Notes: a model not told the origin generated them from the sequence alone. A stretch of DNA of 64,000 bases from Octopus vulgaris (GCA_951406725.2 OX597814.1:214768001-214832000); one strand, 5' to 3'; positions 38,954 through 53,093 are shown, numbered from the stretch's first letter. Translations and numbers: made by a program.

Positions 38954-39067
38954 AATTTAATGTTTATTTAATTTAGTGTTTTTTTTAAATAATATTTATT
39001 ATAGTATATTTAAATTTTTTCTATATGATGACTTGCTAATTAGAGGTTATTTCTCTTAATTATATAC

Positions 39068-39115
<48 letters not shown>

Positions 39116-40195
39116 TCATCGTTTAACGTCCGTTCTCCATGCTAGCATGGATTGGACGGTTCGACCGGGGATCTGGGAAGCCAGAAGGCTGCACCAGGCT
39201 CCAGTCTTATCTGGCAATGTTTCTACAGCTGGATGCCCTTCCTAACGCCAACCACTCCGTGAGTGTAGTGGGTGCTTTTTACGTGCCACCTGCACAGGTG
39301 CCAGGCGAGGCTGGCAATGGCCATGGTAGGATTGGTGTATTTAGTTTTGTAAGACAAAATTTTATCGAATAGGTAGGAATTTTTATTTGTTATGTAATAT
39401 TGCATTTAAGTAAATACTTTTAATAATAATTGAAACTTTGGTTAATTCTATAAATGAGTATAATATTAAATCTATATATAAATTGAATTAATTATATAAT
39501 CAGTTTAACTAATTTGTGTGTATATATTAGAACCATTTTTCTATTTTCAATTCTTGTAGTTATAACTTTTAGTAGTATTATGTATATAAGTTAGCATGAA
39601 GTTTTTTAGTATATATTACTTAATTAGAATAAGATTTAACTTAGGTGTTTATTAAGTAAATAAATAATTTAATGTATATAGATTAAATTATATATATACA
39701 CACACATGCATTATTTACTATTTATTATTTAATTGAACACCATGCATCCATTTCCAAGTATCTATCTATATATATATATAAATCATACATATATATAGTA
39801 TATATATAATATAATATATATATATATATATATATATTATAAAAGGCAGATTTTATCTGCCTCCCTTTGGGAGTTATACAAATCTACAATATAGGATTTC
39901 TTCAATTACAATTTACCTAGCATTTTTAAGAGTACAATGCCTCGCGTCATGCCAGCTCCAGTTTTTAAAATTTAAACTCCAATTAAGCAAAATTTACAGA
40001 AAACTCACATTCTGGTGTGTGTGTCAAATGCTTTTCTTAGTCTGGTTTACACCACACGCAAACGCACACACACAGTGGGCAATGAATAAAATGAAAGTAA
40101 TTCGCTTACTGTAGTGAGTGATTCTTTCACTCTGCCTCCCACTTCCTCTTTCCACACATAGACACGCAAATATATAAATAAAATTGTAAGCTAAC

Positions 40196-40261
<66 letters not shown>

Positions 40262-40354
40262 GTGCGTGTGTGTGTGTGTGTGTGCGTGTGCGTGAGTGTG
40301 TGACAGGAAAGTTTTTTACGACGAATATAACACCTATATCCAAGTAGCAGAAAG

Positions 40355-40620
40355 ATAAGACAGTAAGGTGTGATTTGAGGGAGATTTGGCTGCTATTTCT
40401 ACCATGTCTAGCTGCCATGTAGGGGTCTACCTCATAGGCTCATACATACATATATACATAGATAAGACAGTAAGGTGTGATTTGGGGGAAATTTCGCTGC
40501 TATTTCTACCAGGTCTAGCTACCATGTAGAGGTCCCCCTCATTGGCTCATATATATATACATACATAAGACAGTAAGGTGTGATTTGAGGGAGATTTGGC
40601 TGCTGTTTCTACCAGGTCTG
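40355..40620. repeat. Tandem 105-bp repeat, 2.5 copies
   Basis: Unit ataagacagtaaggtgtgatttgagggagatttggctgctatttctacc... at about 40355, 40461 and 40566. Confidence 0.85.
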
Positions 40621-40939
40621 TTAGGCCTTCTCATGTAAACTCAAGCTTTCTCATGCCTTGAACATAAGACCAAAGCAGAGAATGTATTCTTTTATTCTTC
40701 TGCTTTTTCCAGCCATTGGTCTGTGGCCATGCTGGGGCAATGCCTTGAAGAATTGTAGTTTAATGAATCAACTCCAGTTTTATTTTTGTAAGCATTGTAC
40801 TTATTCTATCTGTTTCCTTTGTCAAACCACTAGGTGACAGGGATGTAAACAAACCAACATTCGTTGTCAAGCAGTGGTGGAGGACAATCACAAGCACAGA
40901 CACGCACACACACACACATACATGCATACACATATACAC

Positions 40940-40970
<31 letters not shown>

Positions 40971-40994
40971 TATATATATGTGTGTATATATATA

Positions 40995-41253
40995 TTGCAG
41001 CGTGGAAGGTGTTTGTAAGCCATTTAAGAAACACACAAAAACCGTTACATTCACTTCAACATTTAAATTTAATTTGCCAAAATATTTTCGTTGCTTTGAG
41101 ACCGCGACCTGTTCACTGACAAAAATATCGTGCTAACAGGTCGCGGTCTCAAAGCGACGAAAATATTTTGACAAATTAAATTTAAATGTTGAAGTGAATC
41201 TAACGGTTTTTCTGTGTTTCTTAAATGGCTTATAAACACCTTCAACGCTGCAA
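40995..41253. repeat. 119-bp inverted repeat (Penelope pLTR-like)
   Basis: Arms 40995-41113 and 41135-41253 with few mismatches; 21-bp spacer. Confidence 0.9.
41073..41123 (-). ncRNA. Minimal type I hammerhead motif, G3-C8 core variant
   Basis: UUUGUCA-GUGAACA-G-GUCGC-ggucucaaa-GCAAC (GCGAC in the other arm)-GAAA-AUAU-UU-UGGCAAA (UGACAAA in the other arm). Confidence 0.65.
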
Positions 41254-41419
41254 CTGTTTTCGTTCCAGCACATGATCTCAGATCAAGTCACTTGCTATGC
41301 AAGTACATCTCTGTAACTATATATATATTTATATATATATATATATATATGTATATTGGTAAAAACAGTAAGATAACAAAAGAAAGAAAGAGACCTCAAT
41401 ATTATGTAAATAGAGGAAA

Positions 41420-41809
41420 TCTTTATATATAAAAGTGAGGTTGTGTGTCTGTCTCCTACGATTTAGATTCCTAACTACTCCCACATTTTGCGGTGCAGTT
41501 TAACCAAAACCGGGTATCTTATAGTCGTGATTCATATCGAGACCGTCTGGGTATTAGCGCGCGTCTACGATGAGTTTACGATTTAAAAAAAATTTACCAT
41601 CAATTTTTCCCATTTTTAATCCATTTTTGACATATATAAGGGAAGTAACTCTCTAAAATTTATTATTAAATCTCAGAACGTAAAAAGCTACAATAACACC
41701 CCCCTTTGTGGTTAGCCATATTGAGATGGCTATTATACTTTACATCTCTAAAAATGCTTATATAATTATTTCCCTTACAAACCCGAGCAACGCCGGGCGA
41801 TACTGCTAG
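41420..41809 (+). mobile_element. Non-autonomous Helitron (same family as 18835)
   Basis: A|TC...cccgagcaacgccgggcgatactgCTAG|T. Confidence 0.85.
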
Positions 41810-42221
41810 TATAGTATATATATAATATATATATAGTATCTCTATATATATAAATGGCCAAATGTCTGTCTGTGTGTGCCTGTCCTTTATACAAATCCAC
41901 AATTTTTCAGTTAGAGGGCTCGCACTTTCTATGGTCATTCAAAACCTTCCAAGGGTGGTCGTGCACATCTTTACATTTCCCCAGTTACCCCGCAAAGCCA
42001 TTAAAAAAATCAATAGAAGTGACTTTTTTTGTGAATTTTCTATCCAAAACCCAATCAAAATGCCTGAAACTTGATACGCCAATTGAATGCCAGCTAGCTG
42101 TATGTGATTGGTCGGAGATTTGGACAGTACTCGCATGTATGTGCGCATGCACACAGTTGTATATGCATGCACTAGCACTAGTAATAGTAATAAATAGTAA
42201 TAGTACTAAATAAATAAATAA

Positions 42222-42255
<34 letters not shown>

Positions 42256-42269
42256 ATGAGTAAATAACA

Positions 42270-44312
42270 CTTAGAAGGAGGTGCTTTTTCCACTCACTGA
42301 AGTGAATGGAGCCTTGGCCAAGATGAACTGATGTAATCAGATGGTATCCAACATTCATTAGGTGTTTCGAACCTGAATTGTAACACCCTCCTGTTGGTGG
42401 CCAAATCACTGCTCATAATCTCCTGGTTTCCAATTTAACTCTTCTCTCTTGCTCCAAAGCCAACAAGAGGCTCTTTCAGCTGCTTTTCCCATCCTGTGCA
42501 CAACCACCCTTCATTCTTTCTTCTCATTTCAATGACAGTAAGCGTCCTCCATGTTGACTGAGCAGGGAACTCCCTACAGCCAGCTTTGACTTGGAAAAGC
42601 CATACCTTTTACCCCTTCTCCCTGCAGTCCTGCAGAAGACTCTCATATTTGGCATGGTTCCATTCATAGACCCTCTTCCCACTGGACTGTGAGCTCAATT
42701 AAAATCATTTCCTTAGTCTTTTCAAACTACAGAACCATATCTGGTCTCAGGGTTGTATGAATGTCCTGGGGGAGACTGGAGTCTCTCTCTTAGGTCCACC
42801 TTCATATCCTATGATTGGGATTCTTGTAACAAGCTGTGTCATTTTTGCTGACTTTACTGGCTTCACTCCCTCTTTTATGAACTTAATTGCTGCTGTTGCA
42901 TTACTCTGATCATGATGTTTCTTGAGCTTTTACTGCTCTAGGGTGTGAGCAAGTGTTACAAGCACCTTGTCATGGCACCACTTGTTTCTTCCTTGAGAAA
43001 TTGCTCTTCTGCAATCTGAAAAGATGTGTGCCAGTGTGCCTCTTTCTCCACAAACTCTACACAACTAGTTTTCCCTCAAATCCCATTTGTGCAGGTCTGT
43101 TGGCATCAGGAGTGTGACATACACTGCCTGCAGCAGGAAGGCGATGTGGAAAGGTTCCAGTATCCACAGGTCAGTCCATGTGACCTTCCTCTTAGGGAGG
43201 TCCCATTTAGTCAAGGCACCCTGAGATACCAGCTCCACAGCTCTTAATCTCCTTTCTTCATCCTGGTACTGTACTTCTGTCTGGATCATGGTTTTTCTCT
43301 CCCTGATGCCTGCCTTCTTCCATTGTTGGAAATAGAACTGAGACCCTGGCAACCTCTGCATGTAACTCCAATGATGTTGTGTAGCTCCAGCACACTTTCA
43401 GTCTTAGTGACTGCTGTGCTAGCTACTCACTTTTGCTCAGACCTTGTTGTAATACCTACATGTCTGACAAGCTTTTCCTTTCAGTCTCTGTACACCATTA
43501 CAACATTACATTTTGCTACTTTAAATTCCTCCACTATGGATGACAGGGGGAGTTGTAGCTGTCCAGAACTTATTTTCTCGTTTATCGTTTACTTGTTTTA
43601 GTCATTTGACTGCGGCCATGCTGGAGCACCGCCTTTAATCGAGCAACTCGACCCCGAGACTTATTCTTTGTAAGCCCAGTACTTATTCTATCGATCTCTT
43701 TTTGCCGAACTGCTAAGTGACGGGGACATAAACACACCAGCATCGGTTGTCAAGCAATGCTAGGAGGACAAACGCAGACACACATACATATATATATATA
43801 CATATATATGACAGGCTTCTTTCAGTTTCCGTCTACCAAATCCACTCACAAGGCATTGGTCGGCCCGAGGCTATAGCAGAAGACACTTGCCCAAGATGCC
43901 ACGCAATGGGACTGAACCTGGAACCATGTGGTTGGTAAGCAAGCTACTTACCACACAGCCACTCCTGCGCCTATGTATAGATCTATTGAAGTGAAGCTTG
44001 GGGGAACACCTAACCATCTTCAGTGGTATTTATTTACCTTCCTCTCTACCATTTCCACGCTTGTCATTGGAATCTCATATACTGTAAATAACCATATGAA
44101 TCTTAGTAGCAATCCATGTTGGCAGAGCCATGCCCTGTATTTTCCTGGACGCCTTGATCTTTCAATCCTCCTTAGCCACGCCTCTGTTTGCTTCACAGTA
44201 TTGGTGACATTGGTTTTGTTTGAGAGCAACTTGTCAAACATCTTTCCAAGGCATTTAATTGGATTTTCCTCCATTAATGGAATGGCCTCTCCTTGCACTT
44301 GCAGCTTGATTT
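42270..44312 (-). mobile_element. Decayed Hero/R2-group retrotransposon 3' part (RT C-terminus, CCHC, RLE), interrupted by a SINE
   Basis: PIKCLGK, PGKYRAWLCQHGLL...YEIP, KWDLPKRKVTWTDLW, CRVCGERGTLAHIFSDC, TTLRPDMVL...IELTV. Confidence 0.8.
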
Positions 44313-45534
44313 TATTTGCATATATTATATATAAATATATATATATATATTTATACATGCATACCAGCAAAGTATACTAGAAGGGTTTATTTATATATGG
44401 AATAAATTATGCAAACAAATTTTTGAATAAAATTATTTGACTATTTTGATATCAACTTGCCTTAAGACTTTCTCTGGTTCTATGGTGCAAACTTCATGTT
44501 TAAAAGCCCTCCATCTTAATTGCACATTCTAAATATTAACTTAATAACGACAAAGTTATCTTATTAAGTTTTTCATTATTTTCAAAATTAATTGAAACGA
44601 AAGGCAGTGTATTTTTACCGGAATATGGTAACAAAAGGGTTAACGTAATAATTATTTGACTGTAAACATACTTGATTCCACAAATTTTCCATGACTTTCA
44701 TAATCTTTCAAATTTCAAGTTAGCCTGATTCCTTGTTCAACTCAGCTACAAATACAAAATTACTAATTAAAAAAATTAATTTTCCATTCTGTAAATTCAA
44801 CATTTCCACTATAGTATTTTTTAACTTTTGATTGAGAAAATCAATTGTATTCTTGCAAAAAATAAATTTTTTATTGTAAACTTTTTTAATTTATCAGTTA
44901 AAAGAAAAGAAACTTGCTAGTGTTTCTGTGAGATTCAGACAGTACTATAAAAGCTATTTGCTTTTGATGTGCATATTAATAGAATGATTGCTTATTAATA
45001 TAGTTCCATCATTATGTTCATGTATCAATCTTAATCTTTTAGTCTATTCCCCACTCTTCTCTCTACTCTAATATTCTGACCATAATCTACCTTGCACTTT
45101 TTCAATTTCTTCTTTCTCTCACTTTTTCCACAGTACTGGCCAATCCATTTAGTAGTGTTTGCTTACTCCTGCAGCTACTCCTCTTCTTTCCCCATTTGTA
45201 TGGCAGGATAGAAGGACATAGGCCATCCAGTCATCTGTCCGTCCGTTCATCCATTCAGCCGGCCATTTTCACCTTTTGCCATTCCTCGGAGGGCCATGGT
45301 AGTAGAATCCTTAGGCACCTCCCTCATAGAGTTTTATGAGAAGCAAGTGCTATTACACTTTCCTGCTGGTTTCCTAAGCATTGAGAGGCTACAGTGACAG
45401 TACTACATATATGTGGTCAGACTGTCACAGGAAAGGATAGCACACACACACACACACACACACACATATGCACACACATACACACACATACACAAACACA
45501 CACACACGCATGACAGGAGGGTCTCTCAGTTTCT

Positions 45535-45762
45535 TATTTCTTTATTGCCCACAAGGGGCTAAACATAGAGGGGATAAACAAAGACAGACAAAGGGATTAA
45601 GTCGATTACATCGACCGCAGGCGTAACTGGTACTTAATTTATTGACCCCGAAAGGATGAAAGGCAAAGTCGATCTTGGCTGAATTTGAACTCAGAATGTA
45701 ATGGCAGACGAAATATGGCTACGCATTTCGCCCGGTGTGCTAACGTTTCTGCCAGCTTGCCA
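45535..45762 (-). mobile_element. MetaSINE-type SINE inserted into a family A SINE relic
   Basis: TSD agggtctctcagtttct. Confidence 0.8.
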
Positions 45763-46993
45763 AGGGTCTCTCAGTTTCTGACTACCAATTTCACTCATAA
45801 GGTATTGGTCAACTTGTGGTTATAGTATAAAATGCCAGCTGACGACATTCACACAGTGGGACTGAACCTCTGACCACATGGTTTTAAGGCTAACATCTTA
45901 ATGACACAGCCACGCCTATATTTAGATGTCCTATGTTATCATTTGGCCTTGTGTCTGGGCAATAATACTCCTCAATCAGAACTGAGCAACACATGCTATT
46001 TTGGTGCAGTCAGACGTCAATATTCCATTTTGTGTTTTAGTTAGAAATATATGATGCAATATGTGTATACTAGGATTATGGATGCCTATGATTTTTCATA
46101 GTAGTAGTAGTAGAAGTAGTAGTTGTTGTTGTTGTTATAGCGGTGGTGGTGGTGGTAGTGTTATCTAAACAATCTCATGATTGCCTGATATGAAGTCAGG
46201 AACAGTGTCTTTAGCCTCTTGCTGCCTTCGTTGCTAACGAAAGGATTATTGCTCTCTCTCTCTCTCTCTCTCCTACGAGAGGACGGAGACTGTTTGATTA
46301 ATATGTCAGTAGCGCAGTGTTGTGTGTAACAGTGAAAATAAATTCTTTAACAGCTGGTGAAGAACAAATACTATTCATTAAATGTGTAATTTAAATTTGA
46401 GAGGGAATGCAACTGGTAATTTTGATTGATTTGATGCTTGTAAGAATGAATGACAACATCGTCTCTATGGATGTATTGGATGAAACAGTAATGTTAGATC
46501 ATAGAAAATTACGTGGCTGAAATAATTATTTCTTATAATGGAATGAAACTTAAGAGCTTTAGGAGAAGGAATATGGGAAGTTGTGATGAACTGCTAATAA
46601 ATTTCTTTGGAACCAGTTCCAATATTTGTCTGTCCTAAGACTATATTGAACAATAGATCATAAATATAGTTTATGTATACAGATGCAGGAATAGCTGTGT
46701 GGTTAAGATGTTTGACTTCCTGCCACTAGGTTTTGAGTTCAGTTCCATTGTGTGGAAGCTTGGACAAATGTCTTCTGCTGTAGCCCCAGGCTGACCAAAG
46801 CATTGGGAGTGAATTTGGTAGATGGAAACTGAACAACCTCACTTTCCATCTGGAGCATGAGAAAATATACAATGATATACTGAGGTTGATTTCATTGACT
46901 ATGTTCATAAAAATTTCAATCATGTGTTTATGCAAGGAATTGAAGTATTACCCAAGAAAATAAACAATATTTTTGATGTTTATATTAAGTTCT

Positions 46994-47296
46994 GTGGAGG
47001 CGCATTGGCCTAGTGGTTAGGGCAGCGGACTCGCGGTCGTAGGATCGCGGTTTCGATTCTCAGACCGGGCGTTGTGAGTGTTTATTGAGCGAAAACACCT
47101 AAAGCTCCACGAGGCTCTGGCAGTGGGTGGTGGCAATCCCTGCTGTACTCTTTCACCACAACTTTCTCTTACTCTTTCTTCTGTTGGCCTGCTCGCTTAG
47201 CCAGCGGGGTGGCGTCATTTGAAGGCTAAAACAATGCGAAGCGCATTGTGTCCAGCGATGTGTAACAACATCTGATGGCCTGGTCGGTCACAGTGA
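46994..47296 (+). mobile_element. OR-type SINE, tail variant 1
   Basis: TSD atattaagttct. Confidence 0.85.
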
Positions 47297-47658
47297 TATT
47301 AAGTTCTATTTCTTTGTTTATCTGAAAACATTTCTGGTGTTTAGCTCCCAAATATGAATGGTTTCTCCATAATTGCTTTTATTTTCTATTAGGTGCAAGA
47401 TTGGCTGTGTGGTAAGAAGCTTGCTTCCTAACCACATGGTTCCGAGTTCAGTCTCACTGCGTGACACCTTGGGCAAGTGTCTTCCACTATAGCCTCAGGC
47501 CGACCAAAGCCTTGTGAATGGATTTGGTAGACGGAAACAGAAAGAAACCCGTCATATAATATATATATATATATATATATATCGGAGTAAGCACATAAAT
47601 GTGAAACAAGGTGGGAAAAAGAGTGCTCAAATACCAGAGGTAGAGTAATATAGAGTAA

Positions 47659-47707
47659 CAAAACTGTCCAACGAATGGGAACATGCAACTCTGAGTAACA
47701 GCTTTTG
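47659..47707 (+). ncRNA. Degenerate type I hammerhead relic
   Basis: CAAAACUGU-CCAACGA-AUG-ggaa-CAU-GCAA-CUC-u-GAG-UA-ACAGCUUUUG: all three stems pair, core mutated. Confidence 0.5.
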
Positions 47708-50564
47708 TTATATTTCTGCTGCTTTTAAATAAAGCATATATATACTTGGAAATGGATGCGTGGCATTCAATTAAATAATAATATAAATAATATATATAAA
47801 TGTAAATCTAATTTTTGTACCCCTATTAATTCATACTTGGCTTATATAAGTATCTTCACAACTTGGCTTATACCAGTATCTTCACAACTTAAAATAATTA
47901 AGTTTAATTAAATTAGTATATAGTTAACATGTTCTTTAGCCTCAGTGCTCCTTTATTAAATACTAGTAAAATCCAATTGACCAATCTCCATAGATACCAT
48001 CTAATAAGTTAATATTTAGATAAATGATAAGTATAAATATTAAACTATTTCTATGTAATTTTCTTTTCCTCCCTCTATTGTAATAAAATTTGGTATATAC
48101 TCAAAAGTATTCAAAGAAGTTTTCTCCTTTTGTTATAATATCATTCTTAATAATCTTCTTGATTACCCTAAATTTTAACTTTATACAATATAGCAATTGT
48201 TTGAAATGATCTTTAGAAATTACCTGATTTATCCCTTTCTTAAAGTGCTCTACCTTCCTGATCTTAGTATTTATAAGGGCCTTTATATAAGTAGCCCTTC
48301 TAATTAAGTACCCCTAAGAAACTATAAATATCATGTATGGAGTAACAATTATAACTTCTAAAACCTATAATATAACTCTTAGTTTTAAAAATTAGTTTAA
48401 AACTAGAATGTCCTATAACATCAATATTCCTTTAGCTAATACCAGGTATCAGTGTAGGAACTATGTATTGAAATATATTGGTTTTCTTTTCATAGGCGTA
48501 GGAGTGGCTGTGTGTTAAGTAACTTGCTTACCAACCACATGGTTCTGGGTTCAGTCCCACTGCGTGGCACCTTGGGTGAGTGTCTTCTACTATAGCCTCG
48601 GGCCGACCAAAGTCTTGTGAGTGGATTTGGTAGATGGAAACTGAAAAGAAGCCCGTCGTATATATGTATATGTGTGTGTGCATGTGTGTTTGTGTGACAA
48701 CCGATGCTGGTGTGTTTACATCCCTGTAACTTAGCGATTCAGCAAAAGAGACCAATAGAATAAGTACTAGGCTTACAAAGAATAAGTCCCGGAGTTGATT
48801 TGCTCAACTAAAGGCGGTGCTCCAGCATGGCCACAGTCAAATGACTGAAACAAGTAAAAGAGTAATAATCAATAGTTAATCATTTACTTAAATTCAAACA
48901 AATATTGTCACAACATAAACAGATCTTGAAAATGATTTATGTCTCTAATGCTGAATAATTAGAAACCATTGTTATATAGTTGTTATATACTGAGCTACTT
49001 CTCTGCATTGAGAGTTCACAGCTCTGGTACTACTGACTTGTGATTAGAATACTGCTGGAAAGAATTGGAATTTTCCATGCTGAGTCAACCAGCTGGAGAC
49101 ATGAGGTTAGACCGAAAATGAGATGGCTGGATAATATCCAAATTCTCAGTCGGTCATGTTTGGGAATCCAGCCAGAAAATGTGATGATGGTTGCCTCTGA
49201 TTGGATCCTTCAGATGAGGTTTCTGAAGATTCAACTCCCTCGGCCCTCCCAGGAATACTAGGCAGAGAAGAAGATGGATAAATGTTCAAAACACTATATT
49301 TCGTATAACATTAGTTTCTCTAGCAGAGACGAAATTTGAAGAGAGCAATCATGGATTGGTAGAAATGCAAATGTGTTGGACCAAATGTTTTGTGCGATTT
49401 TGTTATGTCTTGTTATTTTCTGAATTTAAGTCACACTGTAATTGATTTGCCTTTCACCCTTTTATGGAAGTGACAGTGATATATTGCAGTTAGTATTGTT
49501 ACTCTTTTACTCTTTTTCTTGTTTCAGCCATTTGACTATGGCCATGCTGGATCACCGCCTTTAGTCGAGCAAATCAACCCCAGGACTTATTCTTTGTAAG
49601 CCTAGTACTTATTCTATCGGTCTCTTTTTCCGAACCACTTACTTACGGGGACGTAAACACACCAGCATCAGTTGTCAAGCAATGTTGGAGGAACAAACAA
49701 AGACACACAAACATATACACACACAATATATATATATATACATATATACGACGGGCTTCTTTCAGTTTTCATCTACCAAATCCACTCACAAGGCTTTGGT
49801 CAGCCCGAGGCAATAGTAGAAGACACTTGCTCAAGGTGCCATGCAGTAGGACTGAACCCGAAACCATGTGGTTGGTAAGCATGCTACTTACCACACAGCC
49901 ACTCCTATGCCTACTGTTGATTATATACCTTGAAGAAAACCTTGAGGCCTTAAGCCAGTATAAAAAAAGTAATGATTATAAAATTGTGTAAGACGAGAGA
50001 GAGAGAGTTAAAAATCTTAAATGTAGGATTCTTTTATTAAGTTGTTAACTATATTTAATTAATTCTATTATTTAATTACTTCATTTAAAAGTGTTCTTAT
50101 TAATTGTGTCATTTAATTCTGTTAGTTACCTCTTACTAGATTTATTTGATTCTAAATGCAAATGGTTGTAGAGAGCAGTAGAATGGAAGACAAAAATGAA
50201 AAAAAAAAAATCAAGAATAAAACCACAGGAGGGTTTTATCTCAGTAAGCACATACACAAACACACATATGTAAATCATCATCATCATCATCATCATTGTT
50301 TAACATCCGTTTTCCATGCTAGCATGGGTTGGATGGTTCGACCGGGGTCTGGGAAGCCAGGAGGCTGCACCAGGCTCCAGTCTGATCTGGCAGTGTTTCT
50401 ACAGCTTGATGCCCTTCCTAACGCCAACCACTGTGAGTGTAGTGGGTGTTTTTTAATAATAATATAATATTCAACAAATTAAAGGATAAGTGAAATTTCC
50501 CTTTTTATCATGAAGCTGTTAGATGAACTGTACCTGGTTCTTTGTCTTGTAGCATATCAATAGA

Positions 50565-51983
50565 CTCTCCAGGAAATAACAGAGGAATTCAAGATGGGTT
50601 GCCCCTGGGAGCTCCTCTAGGCTGATGACCTGGCCCTCATAGCAGATTCACTACCAGAACTAGAAAAGAAATTTTGAATATGGAAGCAAGATTTAGAATC
50701 AAAATGCCTTAGAGTTAATGTAGCAATGATCAAAGTTCAAGGAAGCAGGAAGGCGAACACATCACGCACCCACTCAGGTAGGTGGCTCTGCTTGATCTGT
50801 AGAAAAGGTGTAGGTAGAAACACCATAAGATGTACCCAGTGTAAGCTATGGACACATAAGAGGTGCAGCAACATCAAAGGAAGATTAACTGAGAAGATAG
50901 CTTTTGTGTGCAGCAGATGCACAGGGGCAATAAACACCACAGATGCTCAGAAAACAGATTCCATCACACTCCAGAGGGAGAAATTAGAAGTAGTTGATAG
51001 CTTCCGCTACCTAGGTGACCAAGTTAGTAGTGGGAATGGATACTCAGGGAGTGTTACCACTAGAATAAGAATAGCCTGAGTAAAGTTTAGAAAGCTTCTT
51101 TCCCTACTGGCAACAAAGGGTCTCTCACTCAGAGTGAAAGGTAGATTGTATGATGCATGTGTGTGAACTGCCATGCTTTACAGAGTGAAACATGGGCTGT
51201 GACTGTAGAGGACATGTGTAGGCTCAAAAGAAATGAAGCTAGCATGATCTGCTGGATGTGTAATGTCAGTGTGCACACACGACAGAGTGTAAGCACTCTG
51301 AGAGAAATGTTGGACATAAAAAGCATCAGATGTGGCGTGCAAGAGAGACGTTTGCACTGGTATGGTCATGTACTACGGATGGATGAGTATAGATGTGTGA
51401 AGAAGTGCCACTCCCAAACAGTTGAAGGAATCCGGAGTAGAGGTAGACCCAGGAAGACATGGGATGAGGTGGACAAGCATGACCTTTGAATGTTGGGCCT
51501 CACAGAGGCAATGACGAAAGACTGAGAACTCTGGAGATATGCTGTGACTGAGAAGACCCAGCAAATAAAGTGAGTTCATAGCTGTATCCTACACCAATTT
51601 CGCATAGCCAGCCCCAGCCCATTCAAAAGTACCTTGGATTGTAGGGTGACCTGCTGTGCTTGAGGAGACCTATTTAGTCAAGTATATCGTCAAAATGAAA
51701 ATCAAATGAAAATTATAGTTGTGATACTCATGCGGTGGCCTGTAAAAAGCACCAACTGATCATGGCTGTTGCCCACCTCCTCTGGCCCCTGTGCCAGTGG
51801 CAAATAAAAAGCACCCACTACACTCACAGAGTGGTTGGTGTTAGGAAGGGCATCCAGCTATAGAAACACTGCCAGATCAGACTGGAGCCTGGTGCAGCCT
51901 CCTGGATTCTCAGACCTCGGTCGAACCGTCCAACCCGTGCTAGCGCGGAAAACGGAGGTTAAATGATGATGATGATGATGATG
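50565..51983 (+). mobile_element. Decayed RTE LINE 3' part
   Basis: ADDLAL, PHD-like CLIC...CTQC...H..C...CSRC, FRYLGD, WYGHVLRMD, RGRPRKTW, 3' UTR and (GAT)n tail. Confidence 0.9.
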
Positions 51984-52863
51984 TTACACACAAAAATATA
52001 TAACAGTCCTGACAAAGCATTCTGAAATTTGCTGTTATTAACTTTTCATCAAATCTACATTACAGCTCTACTATCCAAACTAATACTATGTTCATCTGTA
52101 AGTAAAAACAATCTCATTATTTACCGGTTTGCTAATAGGGAAGAATTATTTACTTACATTTCATATTGTTTTGTTATTTATTTGTCCATTTATTGTAACA
52201 TTCTATGTACAAGTAAAGATAAAACAGATGCAAGATTTTCTTTGCTTATAAAGTACTTTATTGACACTAATTCTAAACATAGCTTATATAATTCTTTTTT
52301 GAAAGAATGAAATCACTCTTTGATGTGTGAATAAAGTTCTGATAAATCTCTCTGTACTGCTATTGTTTTAGCTAAATGGAACTTTCAGCAAATGTCCTGG
52401 TCTGGGGTTTAGAGAATGCTTCAACTGGTAGTATTTTAAATTATTACAGAACCCCGACCTGCTCTTATATAAATGCAGGAAAGTCATGCATCTACTCTAA
52501 AGGAGACAACTCTTACTTGTCCGTAAAAATAAAATAATCTCTTCACCCTCTCAAATATTCCCCCACTTCATTGAGAGGGCTTTTCCCCTCTTGTTCTTTT
52601 CTCTTTTTCTTCCTTGTCTTGAAAGTTACATGGCAATCTCACTGGTGTTGGGGTCACAAAAAGAAGCACCCAGTACATGAAGTGTGATACAGCCCTGTGG
52701 TTCACAAGATCCTGTCAAACCATCCAAACCATGGAAAACAAACACTGAATGATGCTGATATAAAAACTTATAGATGTCACAAACCTGTACCCTCATTTAC
52801 TTAAAACATAGCAGCCATAAAGTACCGTTATTTTGAAAGGAATCCGTTTGGCTTGAAACTTAC

Positions 52864-53093
52864 CATCTCTTTAGTATACATTTAATGTGAATACGGTACT
52901 CATCGTCTACATTATCTACAACTATCATAGACATTTGAATTTTTAAATAGTTTGGTCTTATCTGTTCTGTGTGAACTAAGTTGTGAATCTTACAGTTCAG
53001 CCTGCCATTTACTTGACATTCTGCAGTGATTTGATTAGGATCTGTTGTCTGAAATTTCTTCATTGTCGTTACAATGAATTTATATCTTGACAT
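52864..53093 (-). CDS. Candidate coding exon, tentatively PDE7-like cAMP phosphodiesterase (region just before the catalytic domain)
   Basis: Non-repetitive 77-codon frame ending at a strong donor ATG|GTAAGT; VDDEYRIHIKCILKR resembles LDDDYNGQAKCMLEK of vertebrate PDE7A as recalled from memory; no downstream exon found. Confidence 0.35.
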
